A stretch of DNA of 64,000 nt from Candidatus Eiseniibacteriota bacterium. Its GTDB lineage: Bacteria > Eisenbacteria > RBG-16-71-46 > CAZAMP01. The first letter of the stretch is position 1; the number at the start of each line of letters is the position of its first letter. The stretch covers positions 5,504,001 through 5,568,000 of the forward strand of contig OZ245046.1 in the NCBI GenBank assembly GCA_965224245.1, given 5' to 3'. Both the position numbers and the translations under genes were made by a program. Positions 25,166 through 34,831 of the stretch are shown here, one piece after another. The notes beneath the pieces were generated by a model. That model ran no database searches. It saw only the letters and a list, made by a program, of their open reading frames with translations, and was not told the DNA's origin.

Positions 25166-27466
25166 ATGACCCCCACCCGCGTCGCCATGCTCTCGGCGCT
25201 CGCGCTGATGGCGCACCAGGTCGGCGGCAAGGCCGTCCGGGACGCGCTCTATCTATCCGAGTTCGCGGTGACGACGCTGCCCCGGATGCTCGTCCTGGCC
25301 TCGGCGCTGTCGATCGCGGGAGCGCTGGTCTCGGCGCGCCTCCTCACGCGGCTCGGACCGGCACGCCTCATCGGCCGACTGTTCGTGGGCAGCGCGCTCC
25401 TGTCGATCGCCGAGTGGTCGGCGTACCCGGTGGCGCCGGGGCCGGTCACGGTGACGGTGTTCCTGCACGTCGCCGCGCTCGGATCGTTGCTGATCTCGGG
25501 GTTCTGGGCGGCCTTCGGCGAGGCCTTCGATCCTCGCACCGTGCGGCGCACGGTGGGCAGCGTCGCCGCGGCGGCGACGCTGGGTGGCGTCCTCGGCGGC
25601 GCCGTGGCCGAGCGCGTGGGGACGACGTTCGGAATCGCGGCCGTGTTGCCGGTGCTGGCGGTGATGCACGTGGCCTGCGCGTGGCTCACGAGTCGTCTTC
25701 CGCTGCCTGAGGTATCCGACGCCGAGCCGGTCGTCTCCGCAGACGACCGCCGGGCGGACGGTGACGGGGCGGGTCCGGAGACCGGCGTTCGCACCCTCCG
25801 CTCCACACCGTACCTCCGCGACCTCGCGGCCGTGGTCGTGCTCACGGCTGTCGTGGGCACGCTGGTCGACTACGTCTTCAAGGCCCGCGCGACGCTGGCG
25901 TTCACCGACGGACGAGAGCTCGTGCGCTTCTTCGCGATCTTCTACACCGGCGTCTCGGTGCTGACGTTTCTCGTGCAGTCGATCGCCGGCCGCCGTGCCC
26001 TCGAGCGCGTCGGCCTCACGGTGACGATGGCGTCGCTTCCGGCGGTCGTCGGGCTCGGCGCGGCCGGTGCGCTGATCGTCCCCACGCTGGCCGGCGCGAC
26101 GTGGCTGCGTGCGTCCGAGCAGGTCCTGCGTAGCTCGCTGTATCGCGGTGGGTACGAGCTTCTGTTCACGCCCCTCGCGCCGCGCCAGAAGCGCGGCATC
26201 AAGTCCATCGTGGATGTCGCGTTCGATCGGCTGGGCGACGTCGTCGGCGCGGCGCTGGTGGCGCTGGTTCTCCTCGCGTTGCCGGCCGGCTCCTTGCCCG
26301 TGCTGCTCGTCCTGTCGCTGGTGGCCGCGGCGCTCGGGCTGTGGATCGTCCGGCGGCTGGGTCGCGGATACGTGACCGAGCTGGAGAAGAGCCTCCTCCG
26401 AAACCGGGTCTCGCTGGACGAGGAGGACGTCCTGGACCGCACGACGCGCACCACGCTGATGACGGTGCGCGGGCTGCGCATCGTGGCGACCGGTCCCTCG
26501 GGCCGCGATCCGGGTCCGCCCGCGCCGGCGGCGCCGGCGGTCGCGAGTGACGCGGCGCGTGACGACCCGGACCCCGCGCCGGCGGAGGACGACGACGAGC
26601 CGCGACTGCGCGATCTCCGGTCCCGGAACGCCGATCGCGTGGTCGCCGCGCTCGCGCGGTCCGAGCCCCCATCGGCCGCGGAGGTGGGCGAGATGATCGC
26701 GCTCCTCGCATGGGATGCCGTGTCGCAGGCCGCGATCGATGCACTGCGCCGGAGTGGAGACGAGGCGGTCGAGCCGCTCGCCGCTGCGCTCGTGGATCCC
26801 GAACAGCACTTCGCCGTCCGTCGCCGCGTCCCCCGGGCCATGGCCGGCCGTTCGGGGCCTCGGGTGATCGACGCCTTGACCCGGGGACTCGAGGACCGTC
26901 GGTTCGAGGTGCGCTACCAGTGTGGACTGGCGCTGGCCCGCATCCGGCGGGATCGTCCGGACCGGGCTGCGCTCACCCCCGGCGCCGTGTTCGCCGTGGT
27001 CGCGCGGGAAGCTCGGGCCAGCGCGAGCGTGTGGCGAGGGCAGCGTCTGCTGGATGACGCGGGCGGCGAGAGCGACTGGAGTCGGTTCGGCAGCGCCGAG
27101 GTGGATCGCGTGATCCGGGAGCGATCCACCCGGAGCCTCGAGCACGTGTTCACGCTGCTGTCGCTCGTGCTGCCGCGCGAGCCGTTGCGCGTGGCGTACT
27201 GTGCGCTCCACGACGACGATGCGGTGCTCCGCGGGACCGCGCTCGAGTACCTCGAGAGCACGTTGCCCAGGGAGATCTGCGAGGTGCTGTGGCCTCACCT
27301 CGAGGCCGACCTGCACGCCCGTCCCGCGCCGCTCCCCGGCGAGGATCGCGACGCGGCGCTCGAGCGACTGCTCCGGTCGAACCGATCGATCATGGCGCGG
27401 CTGGAGGAGGCGGCGCAGTCCCCCCGGCCCGACCTCTCATCCGAACGAGACGCGTTCGACGCGTAG
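25166..27466 (+). CDS. NTT/TLC (Npt1/Npt2-like) MFS transporter fused to HEAT repeats
   Basis: GKAVRDALYL, LVDYVFK, ELLFTPL...KSIVDVAFDRLGD, about 12 TM segments; HEAT repeats (FAVRRRVPRAM, FEVRYQCGLAL, LRGTALEYLE); start uncertain. Confidence 0.82.
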   Translation: MTPTRVAMLSALALMAHQVGGKAVRDALYLSEFAVTTLPRMLVLASALSIAGALVSARLLTRLGPARLIGRLFVGSALLSIAEWSAYPVAPGPVTVTVFLHVAALGSLLISGFWAAFGEAFDPRTVRRTVGSVAAAATLGGVLGGAVAERVGTTFGIAAVLPVLAVMHVACAWLTSRLPLPEVSDAEPVVSADDRRADGDGAGPETGVRTLRSTPYLRDLAAVVVLTAVVGTLVDYVFKARATLAFTDGRELVRFFAIFYTGVSVLTFLVQSIAGRRALERVGLTVTMASLPAVVGLGAAGALIVPTLAGATWLRASEQVLRSSLYRGGYELLFTPLAPRQKRGIKSIVDVAFDRLGDVVGAALVALVLLALPAGSLPVLLVLSLVAAALGLWIVRRLGRGYVTELEKSLLRNRVSLDEEDVLDRTTRTTLMTVRGLRIVATGPSGRDPGPPAPAAPAVASDAARDDPDPAPAEDDDEPRLRDLRSRNADRVVAALARSEPPSAAEVGEMIALLAWDAVSQAAIDALRRSGDEAVEPLAAALVDPEQHFAVRRRVPRAMAGRSGPRVIDALTRGLEDRRFEVRYQCGLALARIRRDRPDRAALTPGAVFAVVAREARASASVWRGQRLLDDAGGESDWSRFGSAEVDRVIRERSTRSLEHVFTLLSLVLPREPLRVAYCALHDDDAVLRGTALEYLESTLPREICEVLWPHLEADLHARPAPLPGEDRDAALERLLRSNRSIMARLEEAAQSPRPDLSSERDAFDA

Positions 27467-27505
27467 ATTCGTCCACCGGCCCCCGGGTTGGAGATGCGAC
27501 GCGCA

Positions 27506-27628
27506 GGACGGCACCGTCCCTTCTATAATCATCAATTCGCTACGTAGTCAGATTTTGGCAATATCCAGTTGCCGAATTCTGATCATATCGCCCATGATGT
27601 CGATCAATTGGCACGGAGGCGCGTCATA
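27506..27628 (+). promoter_or_regulatory. AT-enriched promoter region with TATAAT and an inverted repeat
   Basis: TATAAT at 27524-27529, GGCAA-N7-TTGCC at 27557-27573, GGAGG before ATG 27629, short hairpin GGACG-GCAC-CGTCC at 27506-27519. Confidence 0.5.
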
Positions 27629-30271
27629 ATGGAGCGAAGTCTATGGGTCGTCGTCATTCTCGTTTCCGTGTCATGGATCGCATCGCACGTCACCCGCGAG
27701 CCCGAGGGCTTTGACGTGGAGTACACGGTCACGCCGATCAGCCCTACCACACTTCGAGTAACCGCGGGGTACCGCTCCGACAGACCTTCGATGCTGACCG
27801 TGGGGTCGATTCGCGACGATCGACATTGCCCCGTCACGAATCTCACGGCCGGCTCTCACGACCGCGACGTTCAGCTCGATCGACATCGCGAGCTGGTTCC
27901 TGCGACGACGATTCACATCGTTCCCAGAACCCGATACGACATTCGCGCCGATGAACCCAGGGTCACGCTTTCGTACGACGTGGCACCCTCGCCCTTTCGC
28001 ACGGGCGGACGATGTGCGACGAGGCTGGCGTACGCAGTCCTGGACTCGGACTTCGTGGTGCTGCCGTTCTCGTCCTTCGCGTTGGCACCACCCGACGATC
28101 TCGTTCGGCGCGTGCATGTCCGTGGCGCGCGTGACTGGCAATGCATTCTCGACGACGCAGAGAACGCCAACCGATCAAGAGCACGATGGGCAGATCGTCT
28201 CTTCGGCGAGTCGCTCGTCGCTCTGAGTCGCGTCGAGCCGGTGGCCCTCGCCGGTGCGGTTCGACTGCTCGTGTCGAGTCATTACGATCGGAGACACCGA
28301 GGACGGATTCTGGCTCTTCTCCGGCAGGTCTGGTCCGCTCTCGAACACGATCTCGGACCCCCGCCGTCCTCGCTCGAGATCATCGTCGTCGCCGATCCCA
28401 CGAAGGGACCGTACGGTCTCGGGACGGTTCCCGGTGGCGCGCTCGTGCTGTCACACGATGCCTCGTCTTCGGGCGGGACACGAGCGAACGTCGCGGACCT
28501 GGTCGAGCGATGGCTGGGTTTCGGCCACGACACGCTGGTCGATCCCAATCGACGCGATGCGTGGTGGGAAGTCGGATACGCGGGAATCGTGGCGGAGCGC
28601 GCCACGGAGGGCCTGGGGCTGATCGGATACGGCGACGAGCGTCTGCTCTCCCTGTTCTCGGCCGCGGATGATGTCGCGCTGTCGGATGCGGGCATGCTCG
28701 GCCGTCCCGAGCTGAGGCAGACTCCGGCCTTTCGCCGTTCCTTCCGGCGAAAGGCAGCATGCGCCGTTCTTCTGCTCGAGTGGGAGCTCCGGATTCGCGG
28801 TCTCTCCTCGCTGCGTGAGCTCTGGACGGTATCCAGGACGATGGGTCTGCGGCCAGCCGTCGCGCGGCTGGCGCCAAGCCTCGATCGTGCGTTTCTCCTG
28901 CCCTGGATCGATCGCTACAACCCGATGGCACGTCGGTTCCCGCTCATCGACGACGCGCCGAAGCCGAGCGTTCGGGCGCGGCCACCAGCGACCGCAGACC
29001 TCGACACGTTGCGCCTCATCGTCACCGGGAACACCGACGGGTACCTCGAGACGTGTGGCTGCAAGCTGAACATGTCGGGGGGGGTTGCCCGCCGGGCCAC
29101 GGTGGTCTCTCGACTTCGACACGAGCATTCCGACGCGCTTCTGCTCGATGTCGGTGGCTTCCTGCCAGACCCGGAACTCGTGGGTGAACCGACCGATCAG
29201 AGTCGGCGTGACCTGGCTTTCTACGTCTCGGAGCTCGCAGAGGCCGACTACGATGCCGTCGTCCTGTCCGAGCGTGAGCTCGAGTGGAGCGAGCTGGACC
29301 GGAAGCTTCTCTCGGGAGCCGACGCACCGTTCGTGACGACGGGAGAGGCAGCGCTCGGAGATCACGTTCCCTCGATCCGATGGTGTGAGGCGGGCGATCT
29401 GACGGTTGCCGTCATCGGTCATGCGAGCGGCTGGCCCGAACGACCCTGGATCGGATCACCCGACTCGGACGGTGTGCTGGCCGACGCGGTCCGGTCGGCG
29501 TCGCGTTCCAGCGCGGATCTGGCCGTTCTGGCGGGTGACCTCGCGATCGACCCACCCACTGCTTGGGCGCTGGACCCGAGACCTGATGTGGTCCTGACCC
29601 GGCGCACCGGAGCGACGATGTCGCCGGAAGCCGAACGTGGGCAGTACGCGACCGTCCGAGACGGGACGGCCATCGTCCCGTGCGTGTCGGGCGTCTTCGG
29701 CGTGATGTTCGTCGAGGTGTATCACTCGCGCGATGATGGTGTCGTCGGCGCTACGGCGCGGGTGATGACGCTCGACCAGACCGTTCCCGCGGATCCGGAG
29801 GTACGCTCCCGAATCGATGAGTTCCATCGAGCGACGTTGCCGGACGACTCCTTGCAGGATCACATGCTCTTCGACTGGGATCCCGACGTCCGGTCGGGCC
29901 GCTACGTTGGCGTCTCCGCCTGCGAGGAGTGCCACGTCTCCGAGACTGAGCAATGGCGCACCACCGGCCACTCGCGCGCGATGCAGACGCTCGTGGCCAG
30001 GCAACGAGACACCCACCCCGACTGTGTGCCGTGTCACGTGACTGGCCTGGGCCGGTCCGGCGGCTTTCGGCTGGGTTCCGCCCGGCATCCACTGGCCGAC
30101 GTCCAGTGCGAGACGTGTCACGGCCCTGGTGCCGCACACGTGCAGCATCCGACGAACGCCAACATCCGGCTGACACCAACGAAGGGAGTCTGTGTCGAGT
30201 GCCACAATCCGGACCACTCCGACTTCTTCGACGCGCGATACGAACAGGCATTCCAGCGTATCTCGCACTGA
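27629..30271 (+). CDS. Fusion protein: degenerate M1/M61-like peptidase region, UshA-like metallophosphoesterase domain (CGC motif) and tetraheme c-type cytochrome
   Basis: N-terminal TM/signal; TGNTDGYLETCGC...GGVARRAT...LLLDVGG; four CxxCH motifs (CEECH, CVPCH, CETCH, CVECH). Confidence 0.8.
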   Translation: MERSLWVVVILVSVSWIASHVTREPEGFDVEYTVTPISPTTLRVTAGYRSDRPSMLTVGSIRDDRHCPVTNLTAGSHDRDVQLDRHRELVPATTIHIVPRTRYDIRADEPRVTLSYDVAPSPFRTGGRCATRLAYAVLDSDFVVLPFSSFALAPPDDLVRRVHVRGARDWQCILDDAENANRSRARWADRLFGESLVALSRVEPVALAGAVRLLVSSHYDRRHRGRILALLRQVWSALEHDLGPPPSSLEIIVVADPTKGPYGLGTVPGGALVLSHDASSSGGTRANVADLVERWLGFGHDTLVDPNRRDAWWEVGYAGIVAERATEGLGLIGYGDERLLSLFSAADDVALSDAGMLGRPELRQTPAFRRSFRRKAACAVLLLEWELRIRGLSSLRELWTVSRTMGLRPAVARLAPSLDRAFLLPWIDRYNPMARRFPLIDDAPKPSVRARPPATADLDTLRLIVTGNTDGYLETCGCKLNMSGGVARRATVVSRLRHEHSDALLLDVGGFLPDPELVGEPTDQSRRDLAFYVSELAEADYDAVVLSERELEWSELDRKLLSGADAPFVTTGEAALGDHVPSIRWCEAGDLTVAVIGHASGWPERPWIGSPDSDGVLADAVRSASRSSADLAVLAGDLAIDPPTAWALDPRPDVVLTRRTGATMSPEAERGQYATVRDGTAIVPCVSGVFGVMFVEVYHSRDDGVVGATARVMTLDQTVPADPEVRSRIDEFHRATLPDDSLQDHMLFDWDPDVRSGRYVGVSACEECHVSETEQWRTTGHSRAMQTLVARQRDTHPDCVPCHVTGLGRSGGFRLGSARHPLADVQCETCHGPGAAHVQHPTNANIRLTPTKGVCVECHNPDHSDFFDARYEQAFQRISH

Positions 30272-30276
30272 CCATC

Positions 30277-30933
30277 GTGTGCAGCTGCGACGGCGCTGGC
30301 GGTCGGACGTCGGACGCCGACAGATCGGTAGTCGTGGCGGGGCTCGTCGACCCGGCCGAGTACGAGCGCTTCGCGGCGACCGCGTCGCAGCCCGCGTCCG
30401 GTGCGTTTGCCCGGATCGCTACGGCCGAGCGCCGGCTGATGGAGGACCCGCTGGCGGCACGGACGCTCCCGCGGCTCTGCGAAGAGATGGAGCGCGTCGG
30501 CGCAGGAAGCCGGCAAGCACTCGATGTGCTGCTCCTATGGATGCACGAGAATCTGGGCACGAACGAGCGCGAGGAGCAGGCGGCTCGCGCCGCGGTCGAG
30601 TCGATCCTTCGCGGGGCACGAGGCGATCGCACCGGCCTCCACGGGAGCCCGACCATGACTGAGTTCATGCAGGCCGCCGGGGCGTTCGACGTTCGACTCG
30701 ACTCGCTTCTTCGGGTAACCGAGCCGTCGCTCGGGGACCAGATCGACGAGAGCCTTCGGCGACGCGTCCTCGGTCTCGTCCTCCAGCATCGCAACTTCCG
30801 CTTCGATTCGAGAGGGCACGTGAGGTTCGTACCTCAGGCAATGAGTATCCCAACACGTGACAGATCCCTGCCGGCCGATGTGATCCGGGACGGGGATGGT
30901 CGAGAAGGTCCAAACGAGAGGAGTGTGGAATGA
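30277..30933 (+). CDS. Hypothetical helical protein, possibly a lipoprotein
   Basis: Fills the gap in the operon and its stop overlaps the next ATG (ATGA). The in-frame YLALTIVCSC segment just upstream of and at the start resembles a lipobox. Start uncertain. Confidence 0.5.
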   Translation: MCSCDGAGGRTSDADRSVVVAGLVDPAEYERFAATASQPASGAFARIATAERRLMEDPLAARTLPRLCEEMERVGAGSRQALDVLLLWMHENLGTNEREEQAARAAVESILRGARGDRTGLHGSPTMTEFMQAAGAFDVRLDSLLRVTEPSLGDQIDESLRRRVLGLVLQHRNFRFDSRGHVRFVPQAMSIPTRDRSLPADVIRDGDGREGPNERSVE

Positions 30934-31166
30934 CCGGTTGGTTGCTTCGAAGTCTCGGTGTTTCGGCCGTCGTCCTGGCTCTGGCGGTATCGTCGAACAC
31001 GCTGCCGACGCGTGTCGTCTATGCCACGCCCGAGGTGCCGACGTGCGCGAACAACAAATGCGTTTCGGTCACCAGCTGCCAGCCGAACAACGGAACGGCA
31101 TGTGACGTGCAGTACGTTCCCGAGTCGAGTCGGGTCGAGTGCCTGGGTACGACGACGTGCGGGTGA
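30930..31166 (+). CDS. Small secreted six-cysteine peptide (78 aa precursor)
   Basis: GAGGAG RBS, signal peptide, mature region C-X4-C-X5-C-X7-C-X12-C-X5-C-G. Confidence 0.72.
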   Translation: MTGWLLRSLGVSAVVLALAVSSNTLPTRVVYATPEVPTCANNKCVSVTSCQPNNGTACDVQYVPESSRVECLGTTTCG

Positions 31167-31293
31167 GTCGTACTCGAGCCGACTGATCACACGCGCCATC
31201 AGGACATGCGTCGCGGAGCCGGGGCGAGACCGCCTCTGGCTTCGGCTCCGCGACGAGACACATCGATCGGCACGATTCCACCCTGGAGGTACC

Positions 31294-32523
31294 TTGAGCG
31301 TTCGACGCACCGTCCTCTGCGGAGCTGCCGTTCTCGCGGCGCTGTCCGTTCCTCGAGCGACGTTCGCCGAGGACGTCCGAGCCGAGCTCCTCTACACGAT
31401 CACCGACGAGACGGACGACTACCTCATGTGGTCTCCCACCGACATCATGCTGGATCTGCACGGGACGCTCTACGTCCTCGATGGACGCCTCCGATGCATC
31501 TTCGTATTCCGTGAGGGTGGGTTCACGCGGCGCTTTGGACGCCGTGGCGAGGGGCCCGGAGAGCTACAGAACCCCACGGGTCTGTTCCGCTGGGGAGGCG
31601 ACATCGGTGTGCTGGACTTCGCCCCGGCGACCGTGCATCGGTTCACCCGAGAAGGGGTCCACATCACGAGCCGGCGCATCGAGGATCCGTCGGGTCGACG
31701 GGTTCGCCCGGCGGAGATCCGGAGCGCGGGGCATGATCTCGTTCTGCGGGGCTCGATCAACGGTCCCGGACCCGGTGGCAAGCAGACGTCCACTTCCTTC
31801 CTGGCCCTGCTCGGCGCCGACGGTCACGTCGGCGCGCGCTTCGCGGAGATGGAGTCCACGTTCGATCTCAATCACCTCGTCATCGACGAGGCGCGCGTGC
31901 TGGCGTACACGTTGTGGGCGTGTGAGCGGGGTCCCACGGTGTTGCTCTCCGAGGACCCGAGCCGAAGCGTCGTCAGGAGACTGCGGCCGGGCGGTGTCGA
32001 CGTGAATGCAACCGGGATGCGCGAGTCCGACGACATCCTGGGCATCAGGGGCGTACCGGTCCCCCGGTCCGAGTCACGAATGGAACAGCGGCGCGAGGAA
32101 CTCGCACCGGGACCTCTGGCGGAGTCGATGGGGATCCGCTACGAAGTCCACGTCCTCGATCACGAACCCGCGCTGACTGCGCTCCGTGTGGACAGGGGCG
32201 GGAGCGTGTGGATGCTGGCCGGCTCGGACGTCGAACGGTTCGAGCAGGACGGCCGGTCGTACGTTCGGCAGACCTGGATCCGCGCCGACTCGCCGACACC
32301 GAGGCGGACCATCATCGTTCCGGCCGACCTCGAGAGGGATCGCGTGGAGTGGCTGGACGAGGACCGGATCGTGGTGGTGCGAAACGCCCGGCAGTCAGAC
32401 GCCCTCGATCCGGATGCTGAATCCGAGGGGTCGGCGGACGACACACCGTCCTCGCTGTCCGTGTACTACGTTCCACCGAGAACGGGTGTGGTCGACGAAG
32501 GTCTCGCCTCCGCCGTGCATTAG
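31294..32523 (+). CDS. Secreted 6-bladed beta-propeller (NHL-like) protein
   Basis: GGAGGT RBS plus TTG start; SPTDIMLDLHGTLYVLDG, FGRRGEGPGELQNP. Confidence 0.82.
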   Translation: MSVRRTVLCGAAVLAALSVPRATFAEDVRAELLYTITDETDDYLMWSPTDIMLDLHGTLYVLDGRLRCIFVFREGGFTRRFGRRGEGPGELQNPTGLFRWGGDIGVLDFAPATVHRFTREGVHITSRRIEDPSGRRVRPAEIRSAGHDLVLRGSINGPGPGGKQTSTSFLALLGADGHVGARFAEMESTFDLNHLVIDEARVLAYTLWACERGPTVLLSEDPSRSVVRRLRPGGVDVNATGMRESDDILGIRGVPVPRSESRMEQRREELAPGPLAESMGIRYEVHVLDHEPALTALRVDRGGSVWMLAGSDVERFEQDGRSYVRQTWIRADSPTPRRTIIVPADLERDRVEWLDEDRIVVVRNARQSDALDPDAESEGSADDTPSSLSVYYVPPRTGVVDEGLASAVH

Positions 32524-32569
32524 AACCTGAGCGCGAGGCGGAGACCGACCCCGGCGCGGTTTGCGCCGC

Positions 32570-34567
32570 CTATCTCGTCAGGACCGCCCGGCGCGTGAGC
32601 CTCTCGGTCGGGGTGACCAGCCGGTAATAGTAGACGCCCGGCGAGACCCGGCGGTCGGCGTCGTCGAGGCCCCGCCAGGCCACACGGCCCGCACCGGCGG
32701 GATGCACACCCTCGAAGAGCCGCTTGACGCGGCGTCCCGTCGGCGAGAACACCTCGATGCGGATCGGCTCCGCCGTCGCCAGCCGGAAGTGGATCCACGT
32801 GGAGGCCGCGAACGGGTTGGGCCGACAGGGCGCGAGCGCCGAGGCCGCCGAGACGGTCACGTCCGGGCTGCTCACCGTCTGGAGCTCCCGGATGATCCAC
32901 ATGTCGGGGTCCAGCTCCACGGTGATCGGAGAACCCTCGGTGTGGAGCGGGAAGGACTGGCTGATCGCGTCGTTCCAGATCACGAAGCTCTCGGGACCGA
33001 GATCGGTCTCCACGACGACGTCGATCGGCATCGTGAACACCGGCCCCAGCGTCTGCACCTGGTCCACCGTCAACGTGATGTCGTACCCGGTTCCCGAGGC
33101 CGGGCTCGCGCTCCAGTCCACGTCGTAGATCGGATATCCCGGGCTGTAGATCCACTCGTCGAAGAACCAGGACAGGTCCTGTCCGGAGACCGCCTCGAAG
33201 CTCCCGGCCAGCTCGTCGGTGTTCGCGGTCGCGTAGCGAAACGCGGGGTCGTCGACGTAGGCCCGGACGCCGTCGAAGAAGTCGGTGTCGCCCAGCACGT
33301 GTCGGAGCATGTGGAGCACCCACGCGCCCTTGTAGTAGATCGAGCTGTCCAGCGGAGGGTCGATCGCGTACAGCCGATCGGCGGCGTAGGCGAGGATGTT
33401 CATGCTCGCCATGTAGTCGTGATAGTACGCGCTGCCGAAGAGATCCTCGAAGTAGAGCGCCTCGCAGTACGTGGCGAATCCCTCCTTGCACCACGCGTGG
33501 CTCCACTCGGTCATCGTGATCATGTCGCCCACCCAGGAGTGGGAGAGCTCGTGGGCCACCACCCAGTCGTTGCTGGTCGTGCCGTTCACCCACCCCCAGC
33601 CCATGCTGGTCGCCGTCTGATGCTCCATCGCGCCGGGATGCTGGAACTCGGCAATCGCATACTTCTCGTTCAGGAACGGGTACTCGCCGAAGATCGTACG
33701 GTAGTACAGCATCATGTCGAGGTTGTTGCTCCAGCTCACCTGGGCGTCGGCGAAGTCCTCCGGGTAGGCGTAGTAGTCGACGCTCATCGTGGTGAAGCCG
33801 TCGAGCGCGGTGTAGACCTCGCTCCAGGACTGGAAGTTCGTGACCGCGATCGAGAACAGGTACGGCGACATCGGATAGGCGGTGGACCAGTGGTACGTGC
33901 GCGTCGCGTCGGGATGGTCGTCGATCGAGGTCAGCGAGCCGTTCGACACCACGACCATCGTGTCGTCCACCCTGAAGTGGATGTCGAACGTGGCCTTGTC
34001 CTTCGGATCGTCCTTGCACGCCCACCACGCCGGGGCTCCGTACGGCTCGGAGTAGGAGAGCACCATCGGGAAGCCCGCGTGGGTCATGAACCGGAACGGC
34101 AACGGCTGACCAGGAAACGACGGCGTGCCCTGGTAGGTGACCGACACCGTGAAGCTCTCGCCGGGCTGGTACACGCCGTCCAGGTCGATCGACACGACGT
34201 CGTCGACATGTGCGTAGGTGGCGGCGGTCCCCCCGGCCGTCACCGCGGTCACGGTCATGTTGTCGAAGAGGTCGACGTCGGCCAGCGCGAGATCGGCGAC
34301 CGCTGACTCGGCGATGATCTCGACCGTGCCGAACACGACGTGCCCCGGGATGTCGAGGCTCAGCGTCACGTCGTAGTGCGTGACGTCGTACTCGTCGTGG
34401 ACCGCGCGCGCGGCGACGTCTCGCGGCACGTACGCGGTACGGTGATGCTCCAGGAACCGGGCACGGTCGGCCACCGTGGGCAGTGGGGGCACGTCCGCCA
34501 CCGCGATCGAGGCCGTGGTCAGTAGCGTGATGCCGATCGACAGATCGAGGATGGCGGTGCGAGTCAT
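32570..34567 (-). CDS. Secreted M1-family aminopeptidase with FlgD-Ig/T9SS-like tail
   Basis: GAMEH, VAHELSHSW (HExxH), KEGFATYCE, YYKGAWVLHMLR; RPNPF...PGVYYYRL. Confidence 0.92.
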   Translation of the reverse strand: MTRTAILDLSIGITLLTTASIAVADVPPLPTVADRARFLEHHRTAYVPRDVAARAVHDEYDVTHYDVTLSLDIPGHVVFGTVEIIAESAVADLALADVDLFDNMTVTAVTAGGTAATYAHVDDVVSIDLDGVYQPGESFTVSVTYQGTPSFPGQPLPFRFMTHAGFPMVLSYSEPYGAPAWWACKDDPKDKATFDIHFRVDDTMVVVSNGSLTSIDDHPDATRTYHWSTAYPMSPYLFSIAVTNFQSWSEVYTALDGFTTMSVDYYAYPEDFADAQVSWSNNLDMMLYYRTIFGEYPFLNEKYAIAEFQHPGAMEHQTATSMGWGWVNGTTSNDWVVAHELSHSWVGDMITMTEWSHAWCKEGFATYCEALYFEDLFGSAYYHDYMASMNILAYAADRLYAIDPPLDSSIYYKGAWVLHMLRHVLGDTDFFDGVRAYVDDPAFRYATANTDELAGSFEAVSGQDLSWFFDEWIYSPGYPIYDVDWSASPASGTGYDITLTVDQVQTLGPVFTMPIDVVVETDLGPESFVIWNDAISQSFPLHTEGSPITVELDPDMWIIRELQTVSSPDVTVSAASALAPCRPNPFAASTWIHFRLATAEPIRIEVFSPTGRRVKRLFEGVHPAGAGRVAWRGLDDADRRVSPGVYYYRLVTPTERLTRRAVLTR

Positions 34568-34793
34568 GACGTCCTCTCGAAGTGGGAGGATGACGATCGC
34601 GGGATCGTCGTGGCGGTGCCGAAAGCGCGACGCAGAGATGATTGTACCGCCGCCGCGGCGGTCATCGGTAGTCGGTCCCCAGCTGTTCCGTGGGAACGAG
34701 CTCCGTCGCCCACCGGGGCAGGGTGATCGGTGGGAGAGGCCCCTGCGAAGAGGCGTCGGGACCACGGGCGCGGTGGCCGACGCATCGGGCGGC

Positions 34794-34823
34794 GCGGGTG
34801 CGGGCCCGTGGACCCGCACCCGC
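34794..34823 (-). terminator. GC-rich hairpin downstream of the 34832-35290 gene
   Basis: GCGGGTGCGGG-N8-CCCGCACCCGC, 11-bp stem, no U-tract. Confidence 0.4.
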
Positions 34824-34831
34824 TCGACCGT

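Noticed and set aside
27609-27624. TGGCACGGAGGCGCG as a sigma-54 promoter
   Set aside because: GC spacing is off by one and the site overlaps the RBS, too close to the ATG
29053-29061. Possible selenocysteine in the CGC motif
   Set aside because: The codons are TGT GGC TGC, with no in-frame TGA
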